Assembly (NCBI GenBank): GCA_963796685.1
Contig: CAWCMR010000006.1
Location: forward strand, 224,001 to 288,000
Source of the DNA: an uncultured delta proteobacterium
GTDB lineage: Bacteria > Myxococcota_A > Polyangia > Fen-1088
Direction of reading: 5' to 3'
Length of the DNA stretch: 64,000 nt
Each line of letters opens with the position of its first letter. Position 1 is the first letter of the stretch. Position numbers and translations under genes: made by a program. Below are positions 49,531-59,013 of the stretch, piece by piece. Under the pieces are notes generated by a model, which searched no databases, was not told where the DNA came from, and saw only the letters and a program-made list of their open reading frames with translations.

Positions 49531-50025
49531 ATGCAAACTGGAATCGTTTCGTGGTGGCGAGCGCACCGTGGACATTGTGGCGGTGCTTCGGCATGGAGCT
49601 GCAGCCCGGGCGGCCACCGAGGTCATGATTGGCCGGGGGGCGGCGACGGCGGCGGTGGCGGCGGCGGCGATGGCGACGGGTTTGGGGGATTCGGTGTGCG
49701 TCGACCGCTGCGCTTCTTCGCCTACAAGCTGGAGCTCGACGACCGTCAAGTCGCCGAGTTGGCGAGGATTCTCGACGAGATCAAGACCGAGCGGGCCCAA
49801 GCCGAAGTGGATCGTCGACGCACGTTGTCGGCCTTCGCCGATGCGATGGGCGGGGAGACCTTCGACCAGGCCCGGGTCAAGGAGGCCGCGGACTTGCGCG
49901 TCGCCTCCGCGGAGAGGCTGCGTGACGCGGTCGCCAAGGCGCTCGCCCGCATCCACGCCCTGCTGAGGAACGATCAGCGCGAGCGTTTCGCCTATCTGAT
50001 CCGAACCGGGGTCATCACCCTGTAG
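49531..50025 (+). CDS. Spy/CpxP-like helical protein
   Basis: LELDDRQ ... IHALLRNDQRERF. Confidence 0.7.
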   Translation: MQTGIVSWWRAHRGHCGGASAWSCSPGGHRGHDWPGGGDGGGGGGGDGDGFGGFGVRRPLRFFAYKLELDDRQVAELARILDEIKTERAQAEVDRRRTLSAFADAMGGETFDQARVKEAADLRVASAERLRDAVAKALARIHALLRNDQRERFAYLIRTGVITL

Positions 50026-50089
50026 GCGGCAGGCAAACGCCGCAGTTTCGTGGGAGGGGCGGCCAAGCCCTCCCACGAGGGAGGTTGCC

Positions 50090-51040
50090 ATGTCCATGAC
50101 GACTGCAACAAGCAATGCTCGCGAGGACCGCGAGGACCGCGACTTGCTCGACGCCTACTCACGAACGGTCACCAGCGTGGCCGAGCTGGTCAGTCCGTCG
50201 GTGGTGCGAATCGAGGCTTCGGGCAGCGGTTCGGGGTTCGTGACCACCCCCGACGGTTACTTGCTCACCAACAGCCACGTCGTCAGTGGCGAGAAGCGTA
50301 TCCACGTCACCCTGCAAGACGGGCAGCGCCTGCCGGCCCAGTTGGTGGGCGACGATCCCCACACCGACCTCGCGCTCTTGCGCATCGACGCCCCAAAACT
50401 GATCGCGCTCGCCTTTGCCGATTCGTCGGCCTTGCGCGTGGGACAATTGGCCATCGCGGTCGGCAATCCCTATGGATTCGACTGCACGGTGACCGCGGGA
50501 GTGGTCAGCGCGCTCGGCCGCTCCTTGCGCACGAAGACCGGACGCCTCATCGACGACGTCATTCAAACCGATGCCGCCTTGAATCCGGGCAACTCGGGTG
50601 GTCCGCTCGTCGATTCGCAAGGGCGTGTCGTCGGCGTGAACACGGCGGTGATCCTGCCCGCCCAAGGCATTTGCTTCGCCATCGCGGCGAACACGGCCGG
50701 GTTCGTCATGGGCAAGCTGATTCACGATGGCCGCATCCGCCGATCCCACCTCGGCATCGCCGGTCAAAACGTGCCCCTGCATCGCCGCGTGGTTCGTTTT
50801 CACGGTCTGGCCAGCGAAAGCGGCATTCTCGTCGTGTCGGTAGAACCCCAAAGTCCCGCCGCGCACGCCGGCCTGCATGATGGCGACCTGATCGTTGCCT
50901 TCGGCGATCGTCCCGTGGCCAGCATCGACGATCTTCACCGCCTGCTGACCGCCGAGCGCGCCGGCGTCCCCACGACGGTAACCATCCTTCGCGACCTCGA
51001 GAAACGCATGGTCCAGGTGGAACCCCTCTTGCGCGAATAG
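50090..51040 (+). CDS. HtrA-like serine protease with PDZ domain
   Basis: TNSHV, TDLAL, GNSGGPL, PDZ. Confidence 0.93.
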   Translation: MSMTTATSNAREDREDRDLLDAYSRTVTSVAELVSPSVVRIEASGSGSGFVTTPDGYLLTNSHVVSGEKRIHVTLQDGQRLPAQLVGDDPHTDLALLRIDAPKLIALAFADSSALRVGQLAIAVGNPYGFDCTVTAGVVSALGRSLRTKTGRLIDDVIQTDAALNPGNSGGPLVDSQGRVVGVNTAVILPAQGICFAIAANTAGFVMGKLIHDGRIRRSHLGIAGQNVPLHRRVVRFHGLASESGILVVSVEPQSPAAHAGLHDGDLIVAFGDRPVASIDDLHRLLTAERAGVPTTVTILRDLEKRMVQVEPLLRE

Positions 51041-51062
51041 CGGATGGCCTGACGTAGCCCTG

Positions 51063-51946
51063 TCAGCCAGCCGTCACCGAGAAGTTGGTGACCGCGAACG
51101 TGGCGTCCGCGCCGCCGGTCGACACCAACTCGACCCCGTAGTCGATGGCTCCGAGCGTGGAGCTGGCGGGGATCCAGCCCTTGCCGATGATGCAATCGAA
51201 GAACGACAGCAGGTTCACGGTGCCCGAGGTCACGTTCGTGGTGTCGACGAAGGCGATGTAGCTGCCACTCTTGTAGACGTCGTACGTTTGCCCGTCGAAG
51301 GTGACGGTGTCTTGGCGCGAACCCGAGGGCACCTGGTGGTAATTGTCCGTCCAGATCATCACCTCGGTGGCGCCGCTGCTGGCGACGCCGTTGAGCCCAA
51401 TATCGTAGGCGAGCTCGTAGATTCCGACCTGCGGCGCGGTGTGCGCAAAGCTACTTGAAAGGGTGGTAAACGAGCTGATCGCGGGCGCGTTGTTGAAGTC
51501 CTTGTGAACGTTGGGGTAGGTCTTGACGGCTCCGTCGCCGCTGTCGTTGTTCATCGTGGCGATCACGTACCAGTTGTTGTAGTCGCAGACGTACATGGTC
51601 TGCGACACCTGGTAGCCGGCTGCGTTCCAGGTGTCCGTATCCAGGTAATAACCGCTCAGCGTGATGCCGTCCTGGGGGTTGGACGCATTCATCGGCAAGA
51701 CGTGCGTAGGATTCGTGCAAGTCTGCGACACCGCCGAAGTACCGCCGGTCGAGGTCCCAGGCCCCCCAGCAGCGCCGCCAGCGCCGCCTCCCATCCCGGC
51801 GCCACCCATACCGCCACTTCCACCGGAGCTGGACACCCCAGCGCCGCCGGAAGCGGTGACAAGGCCGCCGTCCGTCGTGGATGTCGGGTTGGAACCGCCG
51901 CAACAGCAGAGCACAGTGAGCGCCGCGAGCAGCAGCGTGGGTCCAT
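51063..51946 (-). CDS. GH12 glycoside hydrolase (start uncertain, probably frameshifted at the N-terminus)
   Basis: VKTYPN, AYDI, EVMIW, YGVE; Gly-rich linker. Confidence 0.8.
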
Positions 51947-52005
51947 CGGGCGGCCATCTGCGGCCGACCGTCCGCTTCAACGGCTTTGGCGGCGCTTCCG
52001 CGATG

Positions 52006-52371
52006 TCATTTCTCGTCGGAATGATCGTCGCCCTCCTCCTTGGAGTACCAGTTCGCGAGCTCGATCCCGCCACGAAGGATCTCCAGAATCTCGGGGCCAG
52101 CCTCGGTTTCGCTGATTATTCCGTTGGCGATAGCGCCGGCTACAGCCAGCTCGATGGCGTCTCCGGTGTATGTGGTGAAGAGCCGGCGATTGGGGCCTTG
52201 ATGGAATTCGTGGATCCGCTGGTCCAGGTCGTGGGCGGTTATCGCGCCGCTGCGCCATCGAGCGAGCTCCCCGTCGAGGGTCGTCAGCTCCCGAGAGAGT
52301 TCTCGGTCGTAGGCAATGCCCGCGAGCTCGCGGATGCGCCGTCGCCGTGATTTTGTGAGATCTCGCCTCAT
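52006..52371 (-). CDS. Cassette-borne hypothetical protein
   Basis: GAGGAG RBS right after core GTTCGCC; followed by a degenerate attC half at about 51955-51995. Confidence 0.8.
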   Translation of the reverse strand: MRRDLTKSRRRRIRELAGIAYDRELSRELTTLDGELARWRSGAITAHDLDQRIHEFHQGPNRRLFTTYTGDAIELAVAGAIANGIISETEAGPEILEILRGGIELANWYSKEEGDDHSDEK

Positions 52372-52386
52372 GCCATCTCCTCGTCC

Positions 52387-52556
52387 GGCGAACGTCCTGG
52401 CGTTCAGCAGCAAGGGCGGAGGTAACCACCTTCAACGGGAGCCCAAGCGTGCCATCTGGTCCCGTCCCAGAAGGGCATAAGCAAGGGCTGCCGGCCATTG
52501 AGCTGCGAAAGATCGAGATAGGGGATATCGCTCAGGCTGATCAAATGGAGAGTCAT
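52387..52556 (-). pseudogene. Truncated cassette: 50-aa gene remnant fused to a half attC
   Basis: ATG 52556 MTLHLISLSDIPYLD... runs directly into GCTGCTGAACGCCAGGACGTTCGCC; the R''/L'' half is missing. Confidence 0.65.
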
Positions 52557-52566
52557 GGCTTGGTCG

Positions 52567-52673
52567 GGCTAACGCTTTGCCGTTCAGCTGCGAGCCCGTC
52601 GCACGAACGGTTCGTTGATGTTACTCCGATTTCCCTGCGGCGGGTTCGTCAGTCTGCAACGGCTTGGTTAGCC
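52567..52673 (-). other. attC site
   Basis: R'' GGCTAAC ... R' GTTAGCC with inverted L boxes. Confidence 0.92.
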
Positions 52674-52959
52674 ATCGCCAAGTTCGAGCCGACGACGCCA
52701 CGCCCTCGGATTGCGGCTGCCATGAAAGCAGGCAATCACCACGACGCACTCTGGATAGACTCGATACAGAAGCCCAAAGGGAAACCGACGAATCGGCGCG
52801 CGACGAACGTCCCGGTAGAGAATCTGGTAGGACTCGGGCAGTTCGGAGATCGCGTTTGCAGCATGGGTAGCTGCACGAAGGAACTCAGCGCCGCTCATAC
52901 CAACCGTTCGCGTCAGCCAGATCGGCCTCGGCTGCTGGCCGAAGAATGACCGGCTTCAC
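52668..52959 (-). pseudogene. RelE/ParE toxin with a frameshifting lesion
   Basis: VKPVILRPAAEADLADANGWYERR* and, in another frame, AEFL...RRFPFGLLY...IACFHGSRNP. Confidence 0.8.
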
Positions 52960-53174
52960 CGTGAAGAGCCGATGCGACGAACCGCCTCGTCCCAGGCTGT
53001 GCCAGTCGGGCCTTCACGTTCCAGATCATCGAGGCGACCGTCGAGCTCTTCCCGCTGCGCTGGGGTCAAGGGAAGCAAGCTCGCAGCGGAACCAATGCTG
53101 TCCCAGAGCCTCCCGATCAGATCCAAACGCTCATCGGTACTGAGACGATCTACATCGATAGCTGGCATGGCCAT
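52956..53174 (-). CDS. Addiction-module antitoxin
   Basis: LSTDERLDLIGRLWDSI...LTPAQREELDGRL...WDE; GTGA overlap with the toxin. Confidence 0.88.
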   Translation of the reverse strand: MAMPAIDVDRLSTDERLDLIGRLWDSIGSAASLLPLTPAQREELDGRLDDLEREGPTGTAWDEAVRRIGSSR

Positions 53175-53228
53175 GAACGTAGTATTCCACACTGCATCTG
53201 TCCTGCCAACCTGCACGCCGTAGCGTAT

Positions 53229-53329
53229 GGCTAACGCTTTGCCGTTCAGCGGCGCGGGCGCCGCACGAGCGGTTCGTTGATGTTACTCCGATTTCCCTGC
53301 GGCGACTGCGCTGCAACGGCTTGTTCGAC
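53229..53329 (-). other. attC site
   Basis: R'' GTCGAAC ... R' GTTAGCC. Confidence 0.92.
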
Positions 53330-53600
53330 GGCGAACCCTCGTCCTTGTGAGCCTTCGAGATTCATCACTATCGCCGCCGCTGCCGGCACCATGCTTCGCC
53401 GACCTGCCGCGGTTGCCGCCGCAAGCATTGATCGCTGCCGCAAGTGGCACGAACGGCGACGCCCAGTCGCACGCCGACCAGAGATGTCGTCCCGTCCGAG
53501 CCCTCAGATACCGTCACCTTCCAAGTAGTTTGTCCGTCGAACGCCTTGCCGTTAAGCTGCGAGCGGCCGTCCGCGGCCGATCGACAGCTTCAACGGCTTG

Positions 53601-55577
53601 GTGATGCCTGGAGGTACCCATGAAACCATAAGGTGAAAGTCCTGAAGCGGTAGAAGATCGAAGCCGCATAGCTTGGGTGGCGCCGACATGGGAAATCCTG
53701 GCGGCGAAGCCCACCGACAAAGCCCCGCATGGCGGGGCGAGCAAGGGCGCGGGCCGCAACGACGAGTGAACGTCTGGACAAGGCCCCGAGATGAAGGAAC
53801 CCCGGGTGCCGAGCTGGCCAAGTAGGGGCGAAGGCAGTAGGTGACTCCAAACGCGATCTGGGGAGGCACCGCCCGGCGGGGTAAAGGACGGCAGCACGCG
53901 CTCAAGGTCATGGGAGAAAACAGGGAAGGGCTCCTCGCCCCGTGGAGAAAGCCCACGGAAGCAAGGTAGTCGCGCGAGCCGGAAGGCGAAGTGCGGTGAA
54001 GGCGAGAGCCTGACGGATGGGTCCGTATGAGCGAGGAAGCGGGGTAACGCCCGCGGAGCAAAGGGGCCCTGCCGGAGGCAATCGGAGCAGAGAAGCGAGG
54101 CAAGAGCGGGATGACAAAGCCCACCATCAGTTTGCAAGAACTTCGAGCGAAGATAGGCCAACGGGCGAAGTCCGCCCCTGCGCATCGCTTTTGGGGATTA
54201 CACGTCCACATCAAGAAACTCGAAACGCTCGAAGCGGCGTACCTGGAGGCCAAGCGCAATGGCGGAGCCCCTGGGTCAGACGGCGAGACGTTCGAGATGA
54301 TTGAGGCGCAGGGCCGAGGAGAGTTTCTCGCGAAACTCGCCGAGGAACTGCGCGCGGACATGTACCACCCGAGGCCGTATCGACGAAGAGAGATTCCCAA
54401 GGAGGGCGGCAAAGTCCGCGTGATTTCGATTCCTGCGATTCGAGACCGCGTGGTGCAAGGCGCCCTTCGGCTGATTGTGGAACCAATCTTCGAAGCCGAC
54501 TTCTCGGACAGCTCGTATGGGGCTAGGCCGGGACGAAGCGCGCATGAGGCAAGCGAGAAAGTGCGAATGGGATTGCGCCAGGGCCGACACCGCGTGGTCG
54601 ACGTCGACCTGTCCCGCTACTTCGATACGATTCGGCATGACCGAATCTTGGCGAAGGTGGCAAGACGGGTTGTCGACAGCGATGTGCTGGCCATGGTGAA
54701 GCAGTTTCTCAAGAGCACCGGCGACCGAGGCGTGCCACAAGGCTCGCCGCTGTCACCCCTTCTCGCAAACCTCGCGCTCGACGACCTGGACCACGCCCTT
54801 GACCGAGGAGGCGGCACCATCACCTATGCGCGATACCTGGACGACATGGTCGTGCTCGCGGCCGACACCTCCAAAGGGCGGCAGTGGGCAGACCGAGCGC
54901 TCGTGCGCATCCGCCAAGAGGCGGAGGCCATCGGCGTGTCGCTCAACGCAGAGAAGACCCGTCTGGTCACGATAACGGAGCCAGGGGCGAGCTTTGCGTT
55001 TCTGGGATTCGAGTTTCGTTGGGAGCGGAAGCTCGAAGACTGGAAGATGGTATCCGAGCAGAACCCCGCGACCGAAGAAGGTCATCGCGGTCCTACAGGA
55101 AGTTGGGAGAATCTTGCGCAGGAGCCGCCACTTGCCTATGCCAGGGGCGGTTGCGCAGGTGAATTCTGTCCTGCGGGGTTGGGTGAACTACTTTCGTGTC
55201 GGCAACTCGGGGACGGCGTTCGGCAAAATCAAGTACGAGGTCGAACGCAAGGTGAGGCGACTGGCGGCCAAGAAGTGCAAGCGCAAGGGATTCGGCTGGA
55301 AGCGGTGGAGTAGCGCCGTGGTGTACGGAACGTGGGGCCTCTTTCGAGACTACCGCGTGGTGTACTGGAGCGCGAAAGCATGCCCCGGCGGAACGGACGC
55401 ATAACCCCGATGGAAGACGCCTTCGCGGTGAGCCGGATGCGGGAAATCCGCCTGTCCGGTTCGATGTGGCGGGGGCCGGAGACGGAGTGATGGAACCTCT
55501 AAACGGGCACGAAGCCGGAAACGGCGGACACAGCCAAGGGGCATCCTGCACACCACCGCGCCGGTCCCCGACCCGAC
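53601..55577 (+). mobile_element. Group II intron
   Basis: 5' GTGATG; domain V GAGCCGGATGCGGGAAATCCGCCTGTCCGGTTC; long domain VI ending CCCGAC; RT ORF inside. Confidence 0.92.
54111..55404 (+). CDS. ltrA: Group II intron RT/maturase, frameshift near 55030, no endonuclease domain
   Basis: IPAIRDRVVQ, PQGSPLSP, RYLDD, FLGF; maturase LRGWVNYF in the second frame. Confidence 0.9.
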
Positions 55578-55589
55578 TTCGACAGCCTA

Positions 55590-56045
55590 CTACAGTTCCT
55601 CGGCAACACGTTTCCACCAACTGTCCCGGGTCATCCGATACTTCTCGACGCGCTCGCAGAGGTCGGCGCCAGGAGCCGTGCATACATAGTTACCCCGCTC
55701 CCAGGATGACGTCTTGGTGTAGCCCATTTCCGTCATGATGTCGAAGGCCTCACTGTACGTGAGAGCGAACGTAGCCGTTTTCGACACGTCATCGAGATTC
55801 CAAACATACGCAATCAGCAGATTAGGGAACTTCGCGTATTTCTGGTCGAGGCCAAAGCTTCGATTGCTTGCAGCCTTCATCTGTATGGGGCGCGCTCGAA
55901 ATGTTGGGACACTGGAGAGCAGATCGGCGTAGGCGATGAGGTCGACGCTACGGTCTCGGAGAGGCAGGGACACCTCAAGCCCGGAACGGATCAACTCGCC
56001 GACGAGATGATTGCGTCCGAGCAGCTCAACAATCTGTGAATCCAT
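55590..56045 (-). CDS. Cassette protein, PD-(D/E)XK nuclease-like
   Basis: VDLIAY...IQMKAAS; AGGAG RBS after the core site. Confidence 0.7.
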   Translation of the reverse strand: MDSQIVELLGRNHLVGELIRSGLEVSLPLRDRSVDLIAYADLLSSVPTFRARPIQMKAASNRSFGLDQKYAKFPNLLIAYVWNLDDVSKTATFALTYSEAFDIMTEMGYTKTSSWERGNYVCTAPGADLCERVEKYRMTRDSWWKRVAEEL

Positions 56046-56063
56046 GCAGATGCTCCTTGGTCT

Positions 56064-56167
56064 GTCGAACGCTTTGCCGTTCAGCAGCGGGGGTGCCGCC
56101 GAACCGGCGACCGGATTCTACACGATGCCCCTGCGGCACCACCGTCTGCTGCAACGGCTTGTTAGGC
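56064..56167 (-). other. attC site
   Basis: R'' GCCTAAC (contains the gene's stop codon) ... R' GTTCGAC. Confidence 0.92.
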
Positions 56168-57487
56168 GCCGCCCTTCGCCTTCGCGAGCCATGACTTGTA
56201 TTCTGCTCTTTGGGCCGTAGGGACGGACTGACGATCCAACAGCGCTACGAGCTCTCGATAACGAGCTGTGCAGTTCGGATTATTGGCCATCCGTTTACCA
56301 AGAACAACGGATGTCTTGGGTGCTTCAAGCATCAAGCCGATCTCCCGGGGAGAGAAGTTCCGGATCATCTTTTCGTAAGCGGACGTTGCGCCCCGAGAGA
56401 ATCCCCAAGGATTTCCCACAGCGCAAATGACGACGGCCTCGACATACTCAGGCTGAACGGTCTCTGGAAGAGCGCCTTGTCCAGCCAGCTCGGCGAGCTG
56501 GTCTGCAAATGGAGGCTCGTTATAGAAGTTGTTGAACTCGTTATGCACGGCCAGGAGGCGTTGACAGACGCGGGAAATGAGGCCATGGCGTTCCATGTCG
56601 CTTAGCAGAGCAAAGATACCCAGCTTGGTGAAGAATGTCCGCGAGGCCTTCTGCCGGTCGACCTTGCCTTCGGCGACGTATTCGTTATGTCGATTAATTA
56701 GCTCCGACTTCGTCTTGTCAGAGAAGGTTTGAGAGAAACCTTTGCAGATATCCAGGCAATTGACTCGCGTTTCCTCTGAGGAGTTCGGATCACAGAAGAC
56801 TCCGTGGAGCATCGCAAAGATGAAATCGCGTTGGGAATTATGCGTTGCGCCGAGCCGCTCGATCCACTTCGAGGTCTGGGTCACTGAGAACTTTCCCGCC
56901 TTGAGCGCAGCCAGAAATGCCTGCGTATCGACACCCTTCGGGTTCGTGCCGGAGCCTAGGGCGTATTTCACGCACCGGTTCAGGAACGCCAGAAGCTCGT
57001 GGTCATCCAAGGTTCCGGTTGGAGGATGTGCCGACGAAAAGTTGTTTCTGACCTCTCGGCACTGGTTCAGAAAGAAGTGGGCTTCCTCATCTACCAGGTT
57101 GAGACTCAGGCATAGGTCGAGCAACTCCGAATCCTTAAGATCGCCCAGGGTCTCCTCTTCGAACGGCTTGCGCGTAATCTGGGCCACGACAGAGAGCCCG
57201 AAGCCTCTTACTTTCTCGCGGAGAGCAACCACGGACGAGTTCCAAGCATAGTTTACAGCTGCGTCGAATAGACCCGCAGCGACCGCCACACACAAACGGG
57301 CATGTTGCGCCGTCAACTTGTCTTTCGGAATCCCACCAATCACGCGTGGAAGGGACTGCCAGGCATGGGCGATCTCGTCGTCCGCAGCGAGCAGCTCGCG
57401 CGGAAGCGAGAGAGCCGCAGTCAGCCTCGCGAGCAGGTCACCGCTCGATCCGGTTACATCTGGGAGCTTGATGAGTTCCTTCTTCAT
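56162..57487 (-). CDS. Cassette protein with a HEPN-like motif
   Basis: 441 aa; AAVNYAWN...REVRNNFSSAH; stop codon inside the attC R''. Confidence 0.75.
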   Translation of the reverse strand: MKKELIKLPDVTGSSGDLLARLTAALSLPRELLAADDEIAHAWQSLPRVIGGIPKDKLTAQHARLCVAVAAGLFDAAVNYAWNSSVVALREKVRGFGLSVVAQITRKPFEEETLGDLKDSELLDLCLSLNLVDEEAHFFLNQCREVRNNFSSAHPPTGTLDDHELLAFLNRCVKYALGSGTNPKGVDTQAFLAALKAGKFSVTQTSKWIERLGATHNSQRDFIFAMLHGVFCDPNSSEETRVNCLDICKGFSQTFSDKTKSELINRHNEYVAEGKVDRQKASRTFFTKLGIFALLSDMERHGLISRVCQRLLAVHNEFNNFYNEPPFADQLAELAGQGALPETVQPEYVEAVVICAVGNPWGFSRGATSAYEKMIRNFSPREIGLMLEAPKTSVVLGKRMANNPNCTARYRELVALLDRQSVPTAQRAEYKSWLAKAKGGA

Positions 57488-57601
57488 GTGACTCCTCTCA
57501 AGTGCGCCTAAGGTCTCGCGCGAAAATAACTGATCGCATTAGTCTGATTGCGGCGTGACTGTGTAGTTCCAGTCACCTCTGAAACGGGCGGGGCGAAGAT
57601 T

Positions 57602-59013
57602 GGCTCTCCTGACATCTTCATGGAAGCGCGGGCACCTTGAAGACGGGATGAAGGACAACGCCTGAGCAGCAGAGGAAGATGAAGCCAATGAGGGCTTGAG
57701 CGTTGTGGAAGCCATAGGCCCTGCGGGTGATGACCCTGATCTTGCCATTAAGGCCCTCGGTTCTTCCGTTATTGAGCCCTGTGGCGACAATGGCCACGAT
57801 GCCGTCCAGGTATTTCTTGATGGTCGCGGCGACCTTCTTGAAGGAAGGTAGTCTGGATCGCCTGGCCCAACTGATCCATTCTTCGAGCTTCTGTTTGACG
57901 ACGTTGACCTGGCGACGACCGAGGATGTCGCAGATGGCGATCTTGAGCAGGTAGCCGCGATAGAGTCGGGCATTGGTCTTCGGGAGGGTCGAAAGCCTCT
58001 CAGACTCGGCCCTGGATAGGTTCCACGGATTCTTGAGCAGAAGGTACTTGGTCTTCTTCAGTTGCCCGCGTTCGTCGGTGTCCTCCAGGAGTCGGACCTC
58101 CGCACGCCGGAGCTCGTCGAGTGCTTCCTGCACGAGTCTCTGAACGTGGAAGCGGTCGAAGACGATCTGCGCTTGTGGCGCTCGCGAGGTGACCGCGTCG
58201 ATGTAGGCCGCGGACATGTCGATGGTGACGGTCTTGAGCTTGCTGGTTCGTTCCGGGCCGAGAGCGTCGAAGAAGCAGCCGAGCGTCGCAGCGTTCTTGC
58301 CCTCGTGGGCCCAGACGACCCGCTGCGAGACGTGGTCGACAACGACGGTGACGTACTCATGGTGCCGCCGGTACGACAACTCGTCGACGCCGATGTGTTC
58401 GAGGTCCTCGAGGAGAAGGCTAGGATTCTCGGTGCCGCGGCACCACCCGCTGGATGATGGCGCCGACGGTGCGCCACGCGATGCGCATGGTTTCGGCCAC
58501 CATCGTCTGGCTTGCTTGTTGGGCCAGATAGGCCACATGGTCCTCGAAGTCACGCGTGAAGCCGACCTTCGGCTCGGCCCAAGGGACCATCTCGATGACC
58601 ACGCCGCACCGAGGACAGTCAACCCTGCGCAGGGTGTAGCGCAGAAGAACCTCCATCCCGCACGCGTCCAGATGCCGCCAGTTCCGAGCCCGAGCATCGA
58701 ACACGTCATGGACCCGACATCCGCAGCCTGAGCAGTAGGGAACGGTCGTCGTTGGCGCCACGTGCACCAATATGCCAAGCAGATCGAATTCGACCGCCAG
58801 GACACGGGTATGTGGAAATTGGAGTAGGTTTCGGAATAGGGTGGTTGCGCGCATGGGCTCCTGGGCTTGTGGGTTCTAGACAAGCCACACGATACCCCAG
58901 GTGCCCGTGCGCACTTCGTCTCCACCTCACCCGAAACTCATGCCGCCCACATCTCCGTCGACGACGTGCGTCGCACCTACGAGATCTCCCCTTACGAAGA
59001 TGTCAGGAGAGCC
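57602..59013 (-). mobile_element. ISL3-family element nested in ISAzo13
   Basis: 18-bp IR GGCTCTCCTGACATCTTC; 8-bp duplication CGAAGATT at 57594-57601 and 59014-59021. Confidence 0.93.
57618..58854 (-). pseudogene. ISL3 transposase, frameshift near 58425
   Basis: Zn finger CSGC/CPRC in one frame; GVDE, IDMS, DRFH, EGLNGKI..RRAYGF in another. Confidence 0.88.

Larger units (their letters stand above)
53536..55583 (-). other. attC site split by a group II intron (53536-53600 plus 55578-55583)
   Basis: Removing the intron restores CGGCTTG|TTCGAC, as in the neighbouring attC. Confidence 0.88.

Noticed and set aside
54111-55404. RT as a retron or DGR
   Set aside because: A maturase domain and domains V/VI are present; there is no msr-msd or TR/VR pair.
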